Shown: positions 1-12,691 of the stretch, in pieces
Position numbering within the stretch: the stretch's first letter is position 1
Layout: each line of letters opens with the position of its first letter
NCBI GenBank assembly: GCA_964252035.1
Contig: OZ176204.1
DNA length: 64,000 bases
Strand: one strand, 5' to 3'
DNA from: Podarcis erhardii
Lineage: Eukaryota
Notes under the pieces: generated by a model
Database searches by the model: none
What the model saw: only the letters and a program-made list of their open reading frames with translations
Told to the model about the DNA's origin: nothing
Program-made: the position numbers and the translations under genes

Positions 1-641
1 TCTTAGCAGACGTGGGGATGTCTCTCCTGTAAACTCCTGACACTCCTGACAAGTGTTTCCCAGACAGCCACACACATACATGATGCTGTGTGACATTTGC
101 TCAAAGAAGAATTAAACCTGCTGCCTTTTCTCTCTCTCTCTCTCTCAACACTGAGGCTCCATCCTTGTATTTCCATTGTCACAGCCAAACTCTCATGTGA
201 GCATTCTCTAAAGCCAGGCCCTATTATTGTTTCTTCAGTGCCCCAGACACTTGCTCTCCATTTCCATCTATATGAAATACAGCATCTCCATCAGTTTTGA
301 GTCCCTTTGAGAATTATTTCAAAAATATACAGCACTGTTTTCATATTAGCTATTTCCTTGCTTTTGAAACCCTCATATTATTCCTATTTCTTCCCACTAA
401 TGCTTCTTTGGATCCATTCTGGGGGAACCTTCTTTTCGCCCCATCAGGTGTTTTTTTTGGGGGGGGGTTGTTATTTATTTCCTTAGTTTCCCTTTCCTCC
501 TTTTAAAAAATGTTTCTCACATCTCACCATCACCTCAGGAATGCACAGGGTCAATGCTGGGCCACAACTGAGCTCCACTCATAGAGGCACTGGCCTCACA
601 CAATTGGTGCCTCCAGTGCAAGCTTGATCTCACTTCAAACA

Positions 642-770
642 GTTACAGATAGGTAGCCGTGTTGGTCTGCCATAGTCAAAACAAAACAAATTCCTTCCAG
701 TAGCACCTTAAAGACCAACTAAGTCAGTTCTTGGTATGAGCTTTCGTGTGCATGCACACTTCTTCAGAAC
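642..770 (-). mobile_element. Penelope-like retroelement terminal fragment
   Basis: GTAGCCGTGTTGGTCTG...GTAGCACCTTAAAGACCAAC...GAGCTTTCGTGTGCATGCACACTTCTTCAG resembles reptile PLE ends; carries a hammerhead core. Confidence 0.7.
731..770 (-). ncRNA. Minimal type-I hammerhead ribozyme core, stem I probably damaged
   Basis: Minus strand reads CUGAAGA-A-GUGUG(CAUG)CACAC-GAAA-GCUC^AUAC. Confidence 0.6.
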
Positions 771-1749
771 AGTGTTCAAACAGTGTTAGTCCCACTTTCC
801 AAAGGCAAGAGAGCGAATACAGAGTTGCTTACCTGTAACCTGTTCTTATAAGTCAGTTTCACATATACAGTAGTGACCTTTTAGAAAGGTGTAGAAGATT
901 AGGAACACTGGCCCCTCATCCCACATATTATAGAATTCTATGCATTGGGTGAGGTTGGCGAAGCCGGTTATTTCCAGAGGGCTAGTCACACTCTGCTTTC
1001 CTATTCGGGATCTCTATTCTACATTAGAGGATGGGTTAAAAGCAAGTGTCTGCCTGTAAGTGAAGCACAATGAGTCTACTTTTAACTGAGGGCTGGCTTT
1101 CAGTGTGCTGCTGGTGGTGCAAAGGAGATGGTTAGAGATTTACCTGAGGTATTTTTTGTAGGAGTTATTTCTTCCTGTGCTGTCTTGTTTTCAGTGTGGA
1201 TGCGCTTCAGGTGATTTAGACTTGAAATGCATATCCTGTGTAACTACCTGCATCTTGATAACACATGTACACTCTGTAGTACTGCAATGGGGGCTTGTGT
1301 CTGTGATACACAATTTCCATTAAAGAGACTTGTTGTAAGCTACTATTAAGCAGCTTGCGCCCTCATCTGAAATCTGGAGAACACAACACAATTTGTGGTA
1401 ACCCCCACCATAACCTGCAATATAGGGATAATAGTGAATTACATTACAAGTTATTGTCAACCCGCTGCCCTCCATCACTCTGTCTGTCTGTCTCTGTGTG
1501 TCCTACACTGTAACAGAAGGAAACAACTCTGGTTTTGTCTGACCTGCAATGTGAGCATAATGTCCTCGTTCTCCCCACCCGTTCTCATCTGATGGAACTG
1601 AGTTGGAGAGTGTAGGTATCAGATCTGTGCCACACTCATTTTCAGTTACATGAGGGCTATGAGTTTGAGTGCCACCCCCTGAGTCCTGACTAGAAGTAAG
1701 TAGAACCTTATTGCAATCAACTTTGAAATGCTCAGGAGCTGAGGATTTA

Positions 1750-1870
1750 TAATTTTGTTTATTGAATTTATATACTGCCCTATAACCGGAGGTCTCAGGG
1801 TGGTTCACAGCACAAAATCAGAATATAGAACCACAAAATATATAATCAAAATCAAAACAACAACCCAATA
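1750..1870 (-). mobile_element. LINE (L2/CR1-clade) 3' tail
   Basis: Minus strand GTGAACCACCCTGAGACCTCCGGTTATAGGGCAGTATATAAAT. Confidence 0.55.
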
Positions 1871-2189
1871 ACCCCCCACTTCAGAATCTAAACGCTGAAG
1901 ACAATGCATTGGTAGTTCAATATCCAAAATTCTAACTCTTAGGTGAAGATTTGGAACCAGAAGGCTTTACTGGCGTTAAGGGTACTTTCCCTGGGGCACT
2001 CTGGATCAGCAGGTGACAAGGAGCCAGATATAGGTGACTCAGGTCAGATATTGAAGAAAGAGCAGGAAAGGGGCCAGAACATAATGAAGTGTGGGAGGCA
2101 GAAGCCTAGAGAAGTTCCACCTAGGAATACAGGAGAACTGGTATGATGAAGTATGTCTTGAAGGGCTTCTTTCACATAGTGACTTGGGA

Positions 2190-2548
2190 GGTAAAAGGTA
2201 AAGGGACCCCTGACTGTTAGGTCCAGTCGGGACTGACTCTGGGGTTGCGGAGCTCATCTTGCTTTATTGACCGAGGGAGCCAGCGTACAGCTTCTGGGTC
2301 ATGTGGCCAGCATGACTAAGCCGCTTCTGGCGAACCAGAGCAGCGCACGGAAACGCCGTTTACCTTCCCGCCGGAGCGGTACCTATTTATCTACTTGCAC
2401 TTTGACGTGCTTTCAAACTGCTAGGTTGGCAGGAGCAGGGACCAAGCAACGGGAGCTCACCTCATCACAGGGATTCAAACCGCCGACCTTCTGATCAGCA
2501 AGCCCTAGGCTCTGTAGTTTAACCCACAGCGCCACCCGGTACTGAGCC
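2190..2548 (-). mobile_element. Sauria SINE (Squam1)
   Basis: Reverse complement of the 11318 and 31316 copies; tRNA-like head, CCTTTAC tail. Confidence 0.9.
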
Positions 2549-2979
2549 TTTAATTTGTAAATTCTTTCACTGGGTTTCTGAAAGTACTTGCAGATTTCCA
2601 TGACCAGGCTCTCACTCAACCATGTAAGGCAGGAGCCATGAACGCCTGATTTTGGAATGTAGATGCTGCACTTGTGGCATTTAAAAAACAAAGCTCTCTC
2701 TCTCCATGGTACAAATTTTTGATTAAAGAGAAACAACTGAATATTGGATAGATATCGAACAAACTTATGGCAAATGTTTAAGCAGCTCTATAAAGAGAGG
2801 ACCGTTTCTGCTGTGGCCATGTGCGTGTGAGAAATTACCCTAAGTGGAAATGTAATGAAATATAACTGCATCTGCACTTCGGTTCTTCTAATCTTCCAGA
2901 GGTTTCCAGATGGTTCTGCATATGGGAATGTGCCTCTGCAGACCGTGTGGGGCACTGCATAGAACAGTCATAGGCAAAT

Positions 2980-3082
2980 GGCCCTCCAGATGTTTTGGGA
3001 CTACAACTCCCATTATCTCTGACCACTGGGACCTTTTAGCTAGGGATGATGGGAGTTGTAGTCCCAAAACATCTGGAGGGCC
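2980..3082. mobile_element. Palindromic MITE (common lizard family)
   Basis: Perfect 34-bp inverted repeat 2980-3013 / 3049-3082; degenerate relatives near 30170-30270, 42010-42110 and 47860-47975. Confidence 0.75.
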
Positions 3083-3497
3083 AAGTTCACCTAAGCCTGA
3101 CATAGAATCTATGAAGCAGAACCAGACCGTAGCATTTTAAAGAACTTCCTGGATTCTTTTATACAAGTTACTGTGAACGTTTGTGTTCAATTGCATACAT
3201 ATTGTACAATTCATTCTTCCCTTCAACTACTCCAATGTTCTACTCGTGAAACCATAACCAGCAGAATATCATAGGGGGGTGAGTGGACATGGACGTTTTC
3301 TGCTGTTGCCCCCCTTTTTTGTGGAATACCCTTCACTTTGCTATAGATGAAGCAGCAACCACCAGTTGCTTCAGATGTCCTGTAAGGACTTATCTTTTTG
3401 CCTAGGCTTTCCTGACCTGTAAGACTGGACCATGATTAATGTGCATGAATCCCCTGAATTTCTGTATCACTTGTTTTTATGTTTTTATATTGTTTTA

Positions 3498-3749
3498 CAG
3501 TGGTACCTTCATTTACTAACTTAATCTGTTCCGGAAATCCATTCTTAAACCAAAGCGCTCTTAAACCAAGGTGTGCTTTCCCATAGCAGCGGGGGACTCA
3601 ATTTACAAATGGAACACACTCAACAGGAAGCGAAACATGTTCTTATTCCAAGGCAAAGTTTACAAACCAAAACACCTACTTCCGAGTTTGCAGCATTCTT
3701 AATCCAAGCTGTTCATAAACTAAACTGTTCTTAAACCAAGCTGCCACTG
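3498..3749. mobile_element. Older Tigger-like MITE
   Basis: TA|CAGTGGTACCTT...AAGCTGCCACTG|TA; internal repeated TTCTTAAACCAA. Confidence 0.7.
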
Positions 3750-3868
3750 TATTTCTTTTATCTTGTATTTGTTTTGCTGTCTAATCTTTTTTGTAAATAG
3801 CATACACCACAAGAGATTTTTTAAAAATATTAATCAGTTTAGAAATGTTCTTAAACAAAGACAGATTA

Positions 3869-4099
<231 letters not shown>

Positions 4100-4103
4100 T
4101 TAC

Positions 4104-4181
4104 CCTGCATCTTGTGCTTCATGAGCTCTGATAATAGACAACAAATTATTACTCTGCAAAAATTCGCAAACTGCAGGATAG
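4104..4181 (-). CDS. PPP3CB: PPP3CB exon 7 ([26 protein letters not shown])
   Basis: 78 nt, tttcacag/GTAAGT; RAHE motif. Confidence 0.97.
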
Positions 4182-4260
4182 CTGTGAAATGAAACAACTA
4201 TGAGTATAAAGTAATACTTTCATGCAATCACTTATCAACTTGATCAGTTTTATTTTTTAC

Positions 4261-4400
4261 CTATAAAAATAGGAACATCCTCTGACTGTATTGTGACTGA
4301 AATGCTCCTGTGATTTTTCATTTCCAAAGTCTTCAGAGGGATCTGACCACAACAAGTCGCACATTGGTCCAAATGCTGGGGGCTCTTTGAATCTATCTAG
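4261..4400 (-). CDS. PPP3CB: PPP3CB exon 6 ([46 protein letters not shown])
   Basis: 140 nt, aacag/GTAAAA; DLLWSDP motif. Confidence 0.97.
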
Positions 4401-4818
4401 CTGTTTCAATGAAAAATACCACAGTGATCTTCATTTTCAGTACGTCCATTTTCTTTTATTATTCTCACTCTCTTGTTAAGCTATATAGATTACAAACATC
4501 CAATCATACCAAAGAAATAAAAGGATATTCATTGCTTTATGTTTTTTTCATCTATCACTTACCTTCTCAGACTGAAAAACTCCATAAATCAGAGAATTAG
4601 GCTGCAATCCTATACACAGTTACCAGGAACTAAGTCACAGTGGGGAATAAGCCTCAATGTGGCTTATTTCTTAGCAGGCACGTATAGGGTTGCAGTTAAT
4701 TTTCATTTGATGTCTAACAAAGGACAAGACAAGAATTAGCTTAACATTTAAGAGTGGCACGTCAAGACCATTACAAAAGACCCCAACATCCCCATGCCTT
4801 TAGCACAGTAACACTCAC

Positions 4819-4964
4819 CCTCCTAATGTCATCTATTGTATTTATTTCTGGAGAGAGTCCACCATGGACACAAAGAAACTGCTGGTTTAGAAGTGCAGCA
4901 AGAGGAAGGCAATCAAAAGCTTCCATACAAGCATCATAGACTCTTTCAGAATATTTTATTTTAC
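4819..4964 (-). CDS. PPP3CB: PPP3CB exon 5 ([49 protein letters not shown])
   Basis: 146 nt, tttatag/GTGAGT; HGG motif; frame continuous. Confidence 0.97.
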
Positions 4965-5088
4965 CTATAAAGGTGGGGATGGGGAGAGAGAGACATAGTC
5001 TATGACATACATTTGTTTATGATGGCAGGCTTGCATCTTAGGAGCATTTAAAAATAAGTTATCAAGATTGTTCCTTGAAAATTTGATG

Positions 5089-5144
5089 AATTGATGAATG
5101 CGTATCATAATTTAAAAATTGATGAATGCGTATCATAATTTAAA
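5089..5144. repeat. Perfect 28-bp tandem duplication
   Basis: AATTGATGAATGCGTATCATAATTTAAA x2. Confidence 0.9.
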
Positions 5145-6034
5145 CAAAAAATAAAATAAAAGGGAGAACTCTCTGGCAAAGCACATTTAACTAGATGAAT
5201 ATAAGCTGACACATGTCTTAATAATATGATATTCTAGAATGGGAAAGAAGAAGAATACCAGCTTTGCCAATAAGTACATTAAAAATCACCTTTCCATTAA
5301 AAATAATTAGTAGCCTGGTTGTCCATACAAAATTCCAATCTGCCTGTCATCTTAAATTCCAATGCTGGAATACTCTGATCATGGTCAGGTGCATCCCCAA
5401 AGAACTGCAGGCAGGAAGTTGTCCTGGCTCAGTTAAAAAGTGGATATATGGTCCACACATACCTGATCTGCTAGAGGCCCCAATCTGTATGTAGGCTCTG
5501 CAGCCTTCCTCTAATAGTAAAGCAACTTTTCTATAAAGTTAGCTAACTGACTTGTGATATATGGATCTAGCTTCATTTCTTGGTAAATGTATTTACATGT
5601 TGTCTTCATTTTTTTTAATTGATTGGCTGGTTGTTATCTTAAGCTCAAAGGGTTTGTTCCTGTTTGGCACAGTGTTAAGAGCTGTAGGATAGCCATCAAT
5701 TTCAATTTGTAGATAGGGGTAAGTCACTTAATGAAATCCACGTGAGTCTAATAGCAAGGTAGGCTGCCATCCTATCCTGGCAGCCACTTGGGCTGAAAGG
5801 ACAAATATTTATTAAAGAAATAACCATACTGATATGTCCTATTCTAACATTTTCATGGGAAAGTGCACAAAAGAAACACATACACAGTACTGTTATAGAT
5901 ATCTCAAGACTACAATGTTGCAGCAGATCCCGGAAAACGTTCAAATACATATGAAGCAAGACAAAAATGTGTAAAAAAAGGGGGGGGGACTGATAACTAA
6001 GTATTCAGGAAGCCAACAATTACCACTGTTATTA

Positions 6035-6223
<189 letters not shown>

Positions 6224-7544
6224 TCACATATAGAATAATGCTCACTTAAACTTCATTTATCACATTTGTATACCACCCTTCCTTCAGGGAACTCAGGACA
6301 GTGTATTAGAAAATTACCATGGCAATTTGGAAAGGAATGACACAGAATAAGACAGAATTCCCAACTTGCATTCTGTTACTGCTGAGAGGCAAGGGAACTG
6401 GAAGGCAATTATTGGCAGGTGGGAATAGCATACTGAGCCCATCTTTCCCCTGATACCCCTTCACCTCCTCCCCATCAAGAAACATTCCTACTGGGGAAGT
6501 GATGAGATGAGAATTGACAAGCAGAAGGGTTAAACATACTGCCCAATGGATCCTTCCATCAACACTTGTATGTAATTCTACTTTGTGGCTGAAGCTGAGT
6601 TCAAACATGGTGGTAACCTAAAATCCATTACTACTTGGCAATAACTGCCTGACACTTCAGAGGCATTCTAATGAATATTTCCTGTTGGTGCAAGAACATA
6701 GTATCAAATTCTGTGCAAAATGCCTGGTGTACAGCAGCACAGTGGAATGTCCTTGCATTAGTATTATAAAACCAGCCACATCAGTTTTGAAAGGCCCAGT
6801 GTTTCCAAAAAATGCATCCAAATGTCTTAAGATGCCCTTGCACACACAGTTGTCAACATAGATGGCTCTGCTCCAAGAGCACACTATTCTGTATGGTATG
6901 GAGTATTAAGGATACAGAAAAGAAAGTTCCTTTTTTTAAAAAAAAAAAGATAGATAAAAAGCTGTTCACAATTAATCTAATGAATCTTTGAATCTAGTTT
7001 CACAGAACTCTAGAATGCTTGCTTCCTATCAGTCAGTTTCCTAATTGTTTACTGATGTAATGTAGGAAGGAGCAGGCAACGTACAACTAAGAGGGGTACA
7101 ACTTATTTTCAGGCCTATCATGTGGCAAGGGTGGTCATTCTAGAAGGAAATCTTTATCACAATAAAATCAATAAAAAGTGGATTGAAATAAACATGTTTT
7201 AACATTTCTCTTAAAAACCGACAGTGATGTGTGCCACAATTATTTCTTGGATGGGGATAGGAAATTCCAGAGGGACGGTGCCACTCCCAGAAAGTCCCTG
7301 TACCAGGGACCCATCAACCCAACATCTCTTATTGACAAGTCAGAGAACAGGCTGCTGTACATAAACGTTCTGAGACTATTATAGGTTTCAAATCAAATCT
7401 GAAACCTAGCGGCTTCAAATTTAAGTTGGGCCATGAAACCAACAGGCAACCACTGGTACAGAATTGGTGCAATGTGTTCCAGCTGCTTGGGCCCATATAA
7501 GCATTCTTGCTGCTGCATTCTGCACCAGCTATGGTTTCCAAACC

Positions 7545-8060
7545 AACTTTAAAGGTAGCCTCACATAGAACACATCAGTAATCCAGCCTGGACATAAGCA
7601 GTGCACATGCCACTAAGGCAAGCTACTTTCTCCAGATAGGGCGATAGCTGGAAAATTAGCCAATGCTGATGAAAAGCAGTTCTGGCCACTTCATCAAGAG
7701 CGCCAAGCCCAGAAGCAAACCCAGAGTGCCTACCTCATTTGCCAGGGGGAGTGCAATCCTCTCTAAAACAGACTGCATCCATCCATCCAGATCAGCAGTT
7801 TCCCAACCTGCCAAATTTCCATCTTGTCAGGATTAAGCTTAATCTGGCTTGCCCTCAACCATCCCAGAACTGCCTCTAGACACCTGCTCAGAACTTCCAT
7901 CGACTCTTTAGGATTAGATTACAGAAACAAGAAGAGCTGTGTCTCATCTGCATACTGATGACACTGCGGCCCAAATCTCTACACTAGTTCTCCCAACAAT
8001 TCCATGTAGATGATGAAAAGCATGGGAGCAAAACAGAGCCCTGAGGAACTCCAAAGGTCA
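7545..8060 (-). mobile_element. L2 LINE RT fragment
   Basis: Minus strand GVPQGSVL...CHQYADETQL (decayed RT core). Confidence 0.75.
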
Positions 8061-8570
8061 GTGGTCAAGAGGAGGAACAGAAGTCCTTTAGCACATGGAA
8101 ACCTCTAGCGGACCGAAACACTGCCTTATGGTGTAGTAATATGTGAAAGGTTGTGATTGTGGAAAAAATTACAAACCAAGAAAGGCTAATAAAGGGTGTA
8201 GGCACATAATATAATGGTTTATGTTACTGGAAGCTGCCATGAGGCCCAGAAGAACCAGAGGGGTCATATTTTCAATGTTCTCAGGATAAGTCACCCACCA
8301 GGGCAAACAAGGCAGTTTCCATCCTGAATCCAGGCAAAGGAAAAAGGAAAAAAAAATGGAGCTGTTCTAAATAACTGGCATCCTCCAAACTGCCTGATGC
8401 TGGCAAGACTTCACTCACTCTAGGACCTTGCTGAGCAACAGTAAGCCTGAAATGGGACAGTAATTTTCCAAAGCTGAGGAATCTAGAACTCAGCTTCTTT
8501 AATAGCAGTTTTATCATCACTTCCTTCAGAGAGAATAAACATACATCTTACCATGGTGAAACAGTTACTA

Positions 8571-8831
<261 letters not shown>

Positions 8832-11317
8832 TCAGAATTTCAGGTCAAGAATCTAGTCATTGCATCTTAATTATAAGTAGCAATTAGAATTAATTTTAAG
8901 TAGCAATGACTTCCCACCCCAGCACCAATCTTGCACCATCTGTTTTTCAGCTACTGTTCACACTCAGATTAATAGGACTGGGGAAAATATTTGCAGTGTC
9001 AGGTGCCACCAAGAATGTTCAAGTGTTAGGAACATATAAACTGTTCAGGGCTATTCAGTGGGTTGTCTGCATACCCTAGGAGCTATCAAACATTTTTATT
9101 TCCAACTTCCCTAAAGGAAGACTAAAAGTTATTTGAACTTTCTCAAATCTAGATTATTGCAGAACTAGAATCTTAAATTGTATTCAAGCAAACTTGTCCT
9201 CTTTTTCCTCATTAATTTATCACTTGCTATTGCTCCATTCATTTTTTACCATAACTTTTGCTCAAATCTCTTCCTCATGTTGACCTTTCTTCTTTTTCCT
9301 AATTTTCCTTTCAGTCTTTGTCCTTACACCCCCTCTTCTTTCTGTTAACTATTCCTGCATGTAATTTCCACCTCTCCCAGGACCACGTGGTACTGGGTGG
9401 AATTTTTCACACACCAATGGCATATAGTCCTGTAGGCAACCAACTCTGGCACATGACATTTCATGCATTTACTCTGTTTAACAAGGTAGTGTGATACAGA
9501 GTTTCCCATATGGACTTGTTTTCTGAGTGACCACGGAATTTATCCCATTCCACAACCAACTCTGAATGTTCCCCGTGGTGTTCACTATGCAGCTCCACCA
9601 TCAATGGTGGTAGATAGGAAAACATACTTAATAGAAAAGCATTGTGTATTTGGCTCCCAGTTTTTTCCTAATGCTGCTGCAGAGTTCTCTGGGGCTACGA
9701 TCCCATATAGATAAGATACTTTTTTGGGGGGTGAGGAGAGAAACACATACACACAAATGGAGGCTGACACTATATATGGAAACCAGTCAAAAGTATGATA
9801 ATCCAGCTGCAATGCATTCAGAAAGCGGATTCTCTTTAACTGAAAAGGTCCCAGCCTGAAAGTAAAAAGAGCACAATCTCCTAAGGGATAGGGGAAATTT
9901 TTCATAAAGATAAAGGGACAGAAAGACTTCAAAGTAAAAAATGATTTAAAACCACTCTTAAAAAGCCTAGCATCTGTGTAGAAAGCAGAGAACCATCTGC
10001 TTTATCAAAGAAAGGAACTCTTAATATTAGTCTGGGAAGTTGAACATTAGGCTGCTAACTGAGGAAAGACCTACCTGTTGTCAACTGAGTAGCACATGCA
10101 TCAGGGGGCAAAGTTAATTTCCAAGAAATGAATCACGAATAAGGTCAGTCAGAACATCAGTTAAGCCGATAGTATTTAACTTGAATTGAACAGTAATAAA
10201 TATATGCAGAAGAGAACTGCGGAAGAAATTAACCTTCACACTTTTGATGTCATACTATTCAAATATCCATGTCTACAACTTTAAAGCATTTCTTATATTA
10301 CAAATAAAGCACAATAACCTATCTCATTTCAGAACCAACATTTCTTATGCAAGATTTTCCAGTGTTCTGTCCAGTTCCAAAATATTAAAAGGTAGCCTTT
10401 ATTTTCTGCAAAGCATTAATCATATCAACTTTCTGTAGTCATTTGACATGATTTATTTTACTCACCAATTACACCTGCCAATTCTTCAATTTTTTTTTAC
10501 TATTATCATCTTTACTGCAAGTAATCAGTAGATTACTAATACCTACCAGTTCTAGGTGTTCAAGAATAAAGCTATATTCTGAAATATACAAACATAGTCT
10601 TAATTTGAAAGGAAATAAACACTGTCAAATTTGCTAATGAACTCTATTATTTAGGATTCAACCTCCACTGCCTATGTATCTACCAGCTTTCCAAATTAAT
10701 CTACCATCTAATTAATTAATTAACCTCTGGTCTATGAAAAATCATGCCCATTGAATCTTCAAGATGCTAGGAGCACTTGCAACAGTGAGCAGCATCCCAG
10801 CCTGAATGCTTGTGTGCACAGCCGTGTTCACAGCCTGCTAAAAGTGCAATCTGTCCTTGCTTTGCCTCAGTGAGCACCAGCAAGTGTTCCCCCTTTCCTT
10901 GTCCCAAAGACCAGTAACTAATCTTGGGAGGAAGGACTGGGGGGGGGAGAGAGAGAGAGAGATGATGAAAGTCCTGGTAGAGTGGCTTTTCCTGGCAAAC
11001 TCTTAACTATCAGTTCCAAAATGCCCATAAGGAAAGTGATGCTATGCACATCATTTCTGCCTGGGAGAAGATTTGCGGCATGCAGGGTGGATGATCATAT
11101 TTATCCTGCGAGTACCGTCTCCCCTTCCCTGCCCCAAGATCTCTCTGTTCAGTTCAGAACCCAAAGTAAGGTTGGAGAGGTGGTAGGCAGTGTCCATGTC
11201 CCAGCAGTGTCCAAGGGCCTTCTTCCCAGGCAGGAATGATGCACATCCATCAGTTTCCCACTAGTAATCTCAATCCTCATCAAGAAAAGTCATTTCTCTG
11301 GGGCTAGGGGAGTACAA

Positions 11318-11658
11318 GGCATGCAGGTGGCGCTGTGGGTTAAACCACAGAGCCTAGGACTTGCCAATCAGAAGGTCAGCGGTTCGAATCCCCACAATGG
11401 GGTGAGCTCCCATTGCTCAGTCCCTGCTCCTGCCAACCTAGCAGTTCGAAAGCACATCAAAGTGCAAGTAGATAAATAAGGAAGGTAAACGGCATTTCCG
11501 TGCGCTGCTCTGGTTCGCCAGAAGCGGCTTAGTCATGCTGGCCACATGACCCGGAAGCTGTACTCTGGCTCCCTCGGCCAATAAAGCAAGATGAGCGCTG
11601 CAAGCCCAGAGTCGGTCACAACTGGACCTAATGGTCAGGAGTCCCTTTACCTTTACCT
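11318..11658 (+). mobile_element. Sauria SINE with 13-bp TSD and short internal deletion
   Basis: TAGGGGAGTACAA (11305-11317) / TAGGGGATTACAA (11659-11671); GGTTCGAATCC B-box. Confidence 0.92.
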
Positions 11659-12490
11659 TAGGGGATTACAAGACATCTCTGCCACTTTTCCCCGTCCTGC
11701 TCCAAGGTAAGTTACTGACACATAGCCAAACTTATAAACAACCAAATCAAGCCTTAGATAAAATTTAAATGTATTCAATTTCAGAAGTGTAAATTATATC
11801 ACTACTAAAATTATTAAGCAAATATAAAATTTCAGAAAGACTTGTTCTAGTTTCCAGTGGACCATTAAATTGTATTTTTTTTAGCAAGCTGAAAAGCAAA
11901 GCTTCATCCAAGGTACAGTGAGCTGGTTCAAACATCACAAGAAATCATGATTTGTATAATGACAAGAATGATATGAGACAAGTCTGAGACTTGCACACTC
12001 ACCCTCTGCTCTCTCCTTTGGCACACCAGCAAGGAGATTAGATACAATGCCATTTTAACTGCAGCTTTTCATTGCATCTGAACCCAACAAACTACGGTTA
12101 ATATTAACTATGGTTTGTTTGAAACAAGTCAACTTCCAACTAGAGATTATGAATATTCCTCCCACCTGGCCGCAAATCATAGCTAGTACTAGATGGTTTA
12201 TGTTCTGATGTAATGTTAAACTGTAGTCAACTGAAAGCATAAAATCACCTCCTTGCAATTGTACCACGTGAGGAAGAAAAAGTGGGAGGACAGGTCTCAA
12301 GGGTTATCAATGACATCACTACCCCAGTATATTTCAAAGCTCATATAATCCCTTTCTTTTCTTTACCATTCATGCAAAAATTCTACACCTTCAATCTTTC
12401 TACCTAAATTATTTTACTTCCAAAGGTATTGAAACCTCATTCCATGCATTTATGACATTAAAAGTGGCAACAGTTAGCCAGAGCTTGCAC

Positions 12491-12691
12491 CTGTAATAGG
12501 AGCTTCAACTTCTATCATGGTTTTCTCTCTTCTTAAAATTGCAGCACCATCATTGATGATTCTTAGTGCAATTTCTTCATCTACCCGACCTTCTTTTATT
12601 AGGTGGTTTTTCAAAATATCAACCCGAGGTTTTCCAGCTGCATCAAACACTTCTTCTGATGTTAATCGGTGTGTTGGCGGAAAAGGGACAG
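12491..12691 (-). CDS. PPP3CB: PPP3CB exon 2 ([17 protein letters not shown]...[12 protein letters not shown])
   Basis: 201 nt, ttttcag acceptor, G|GTGCAA donor. [12 protein letters not shown] and [14 protein letters not shown] are beta-isoform-type residues. Confidence 0.97.
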
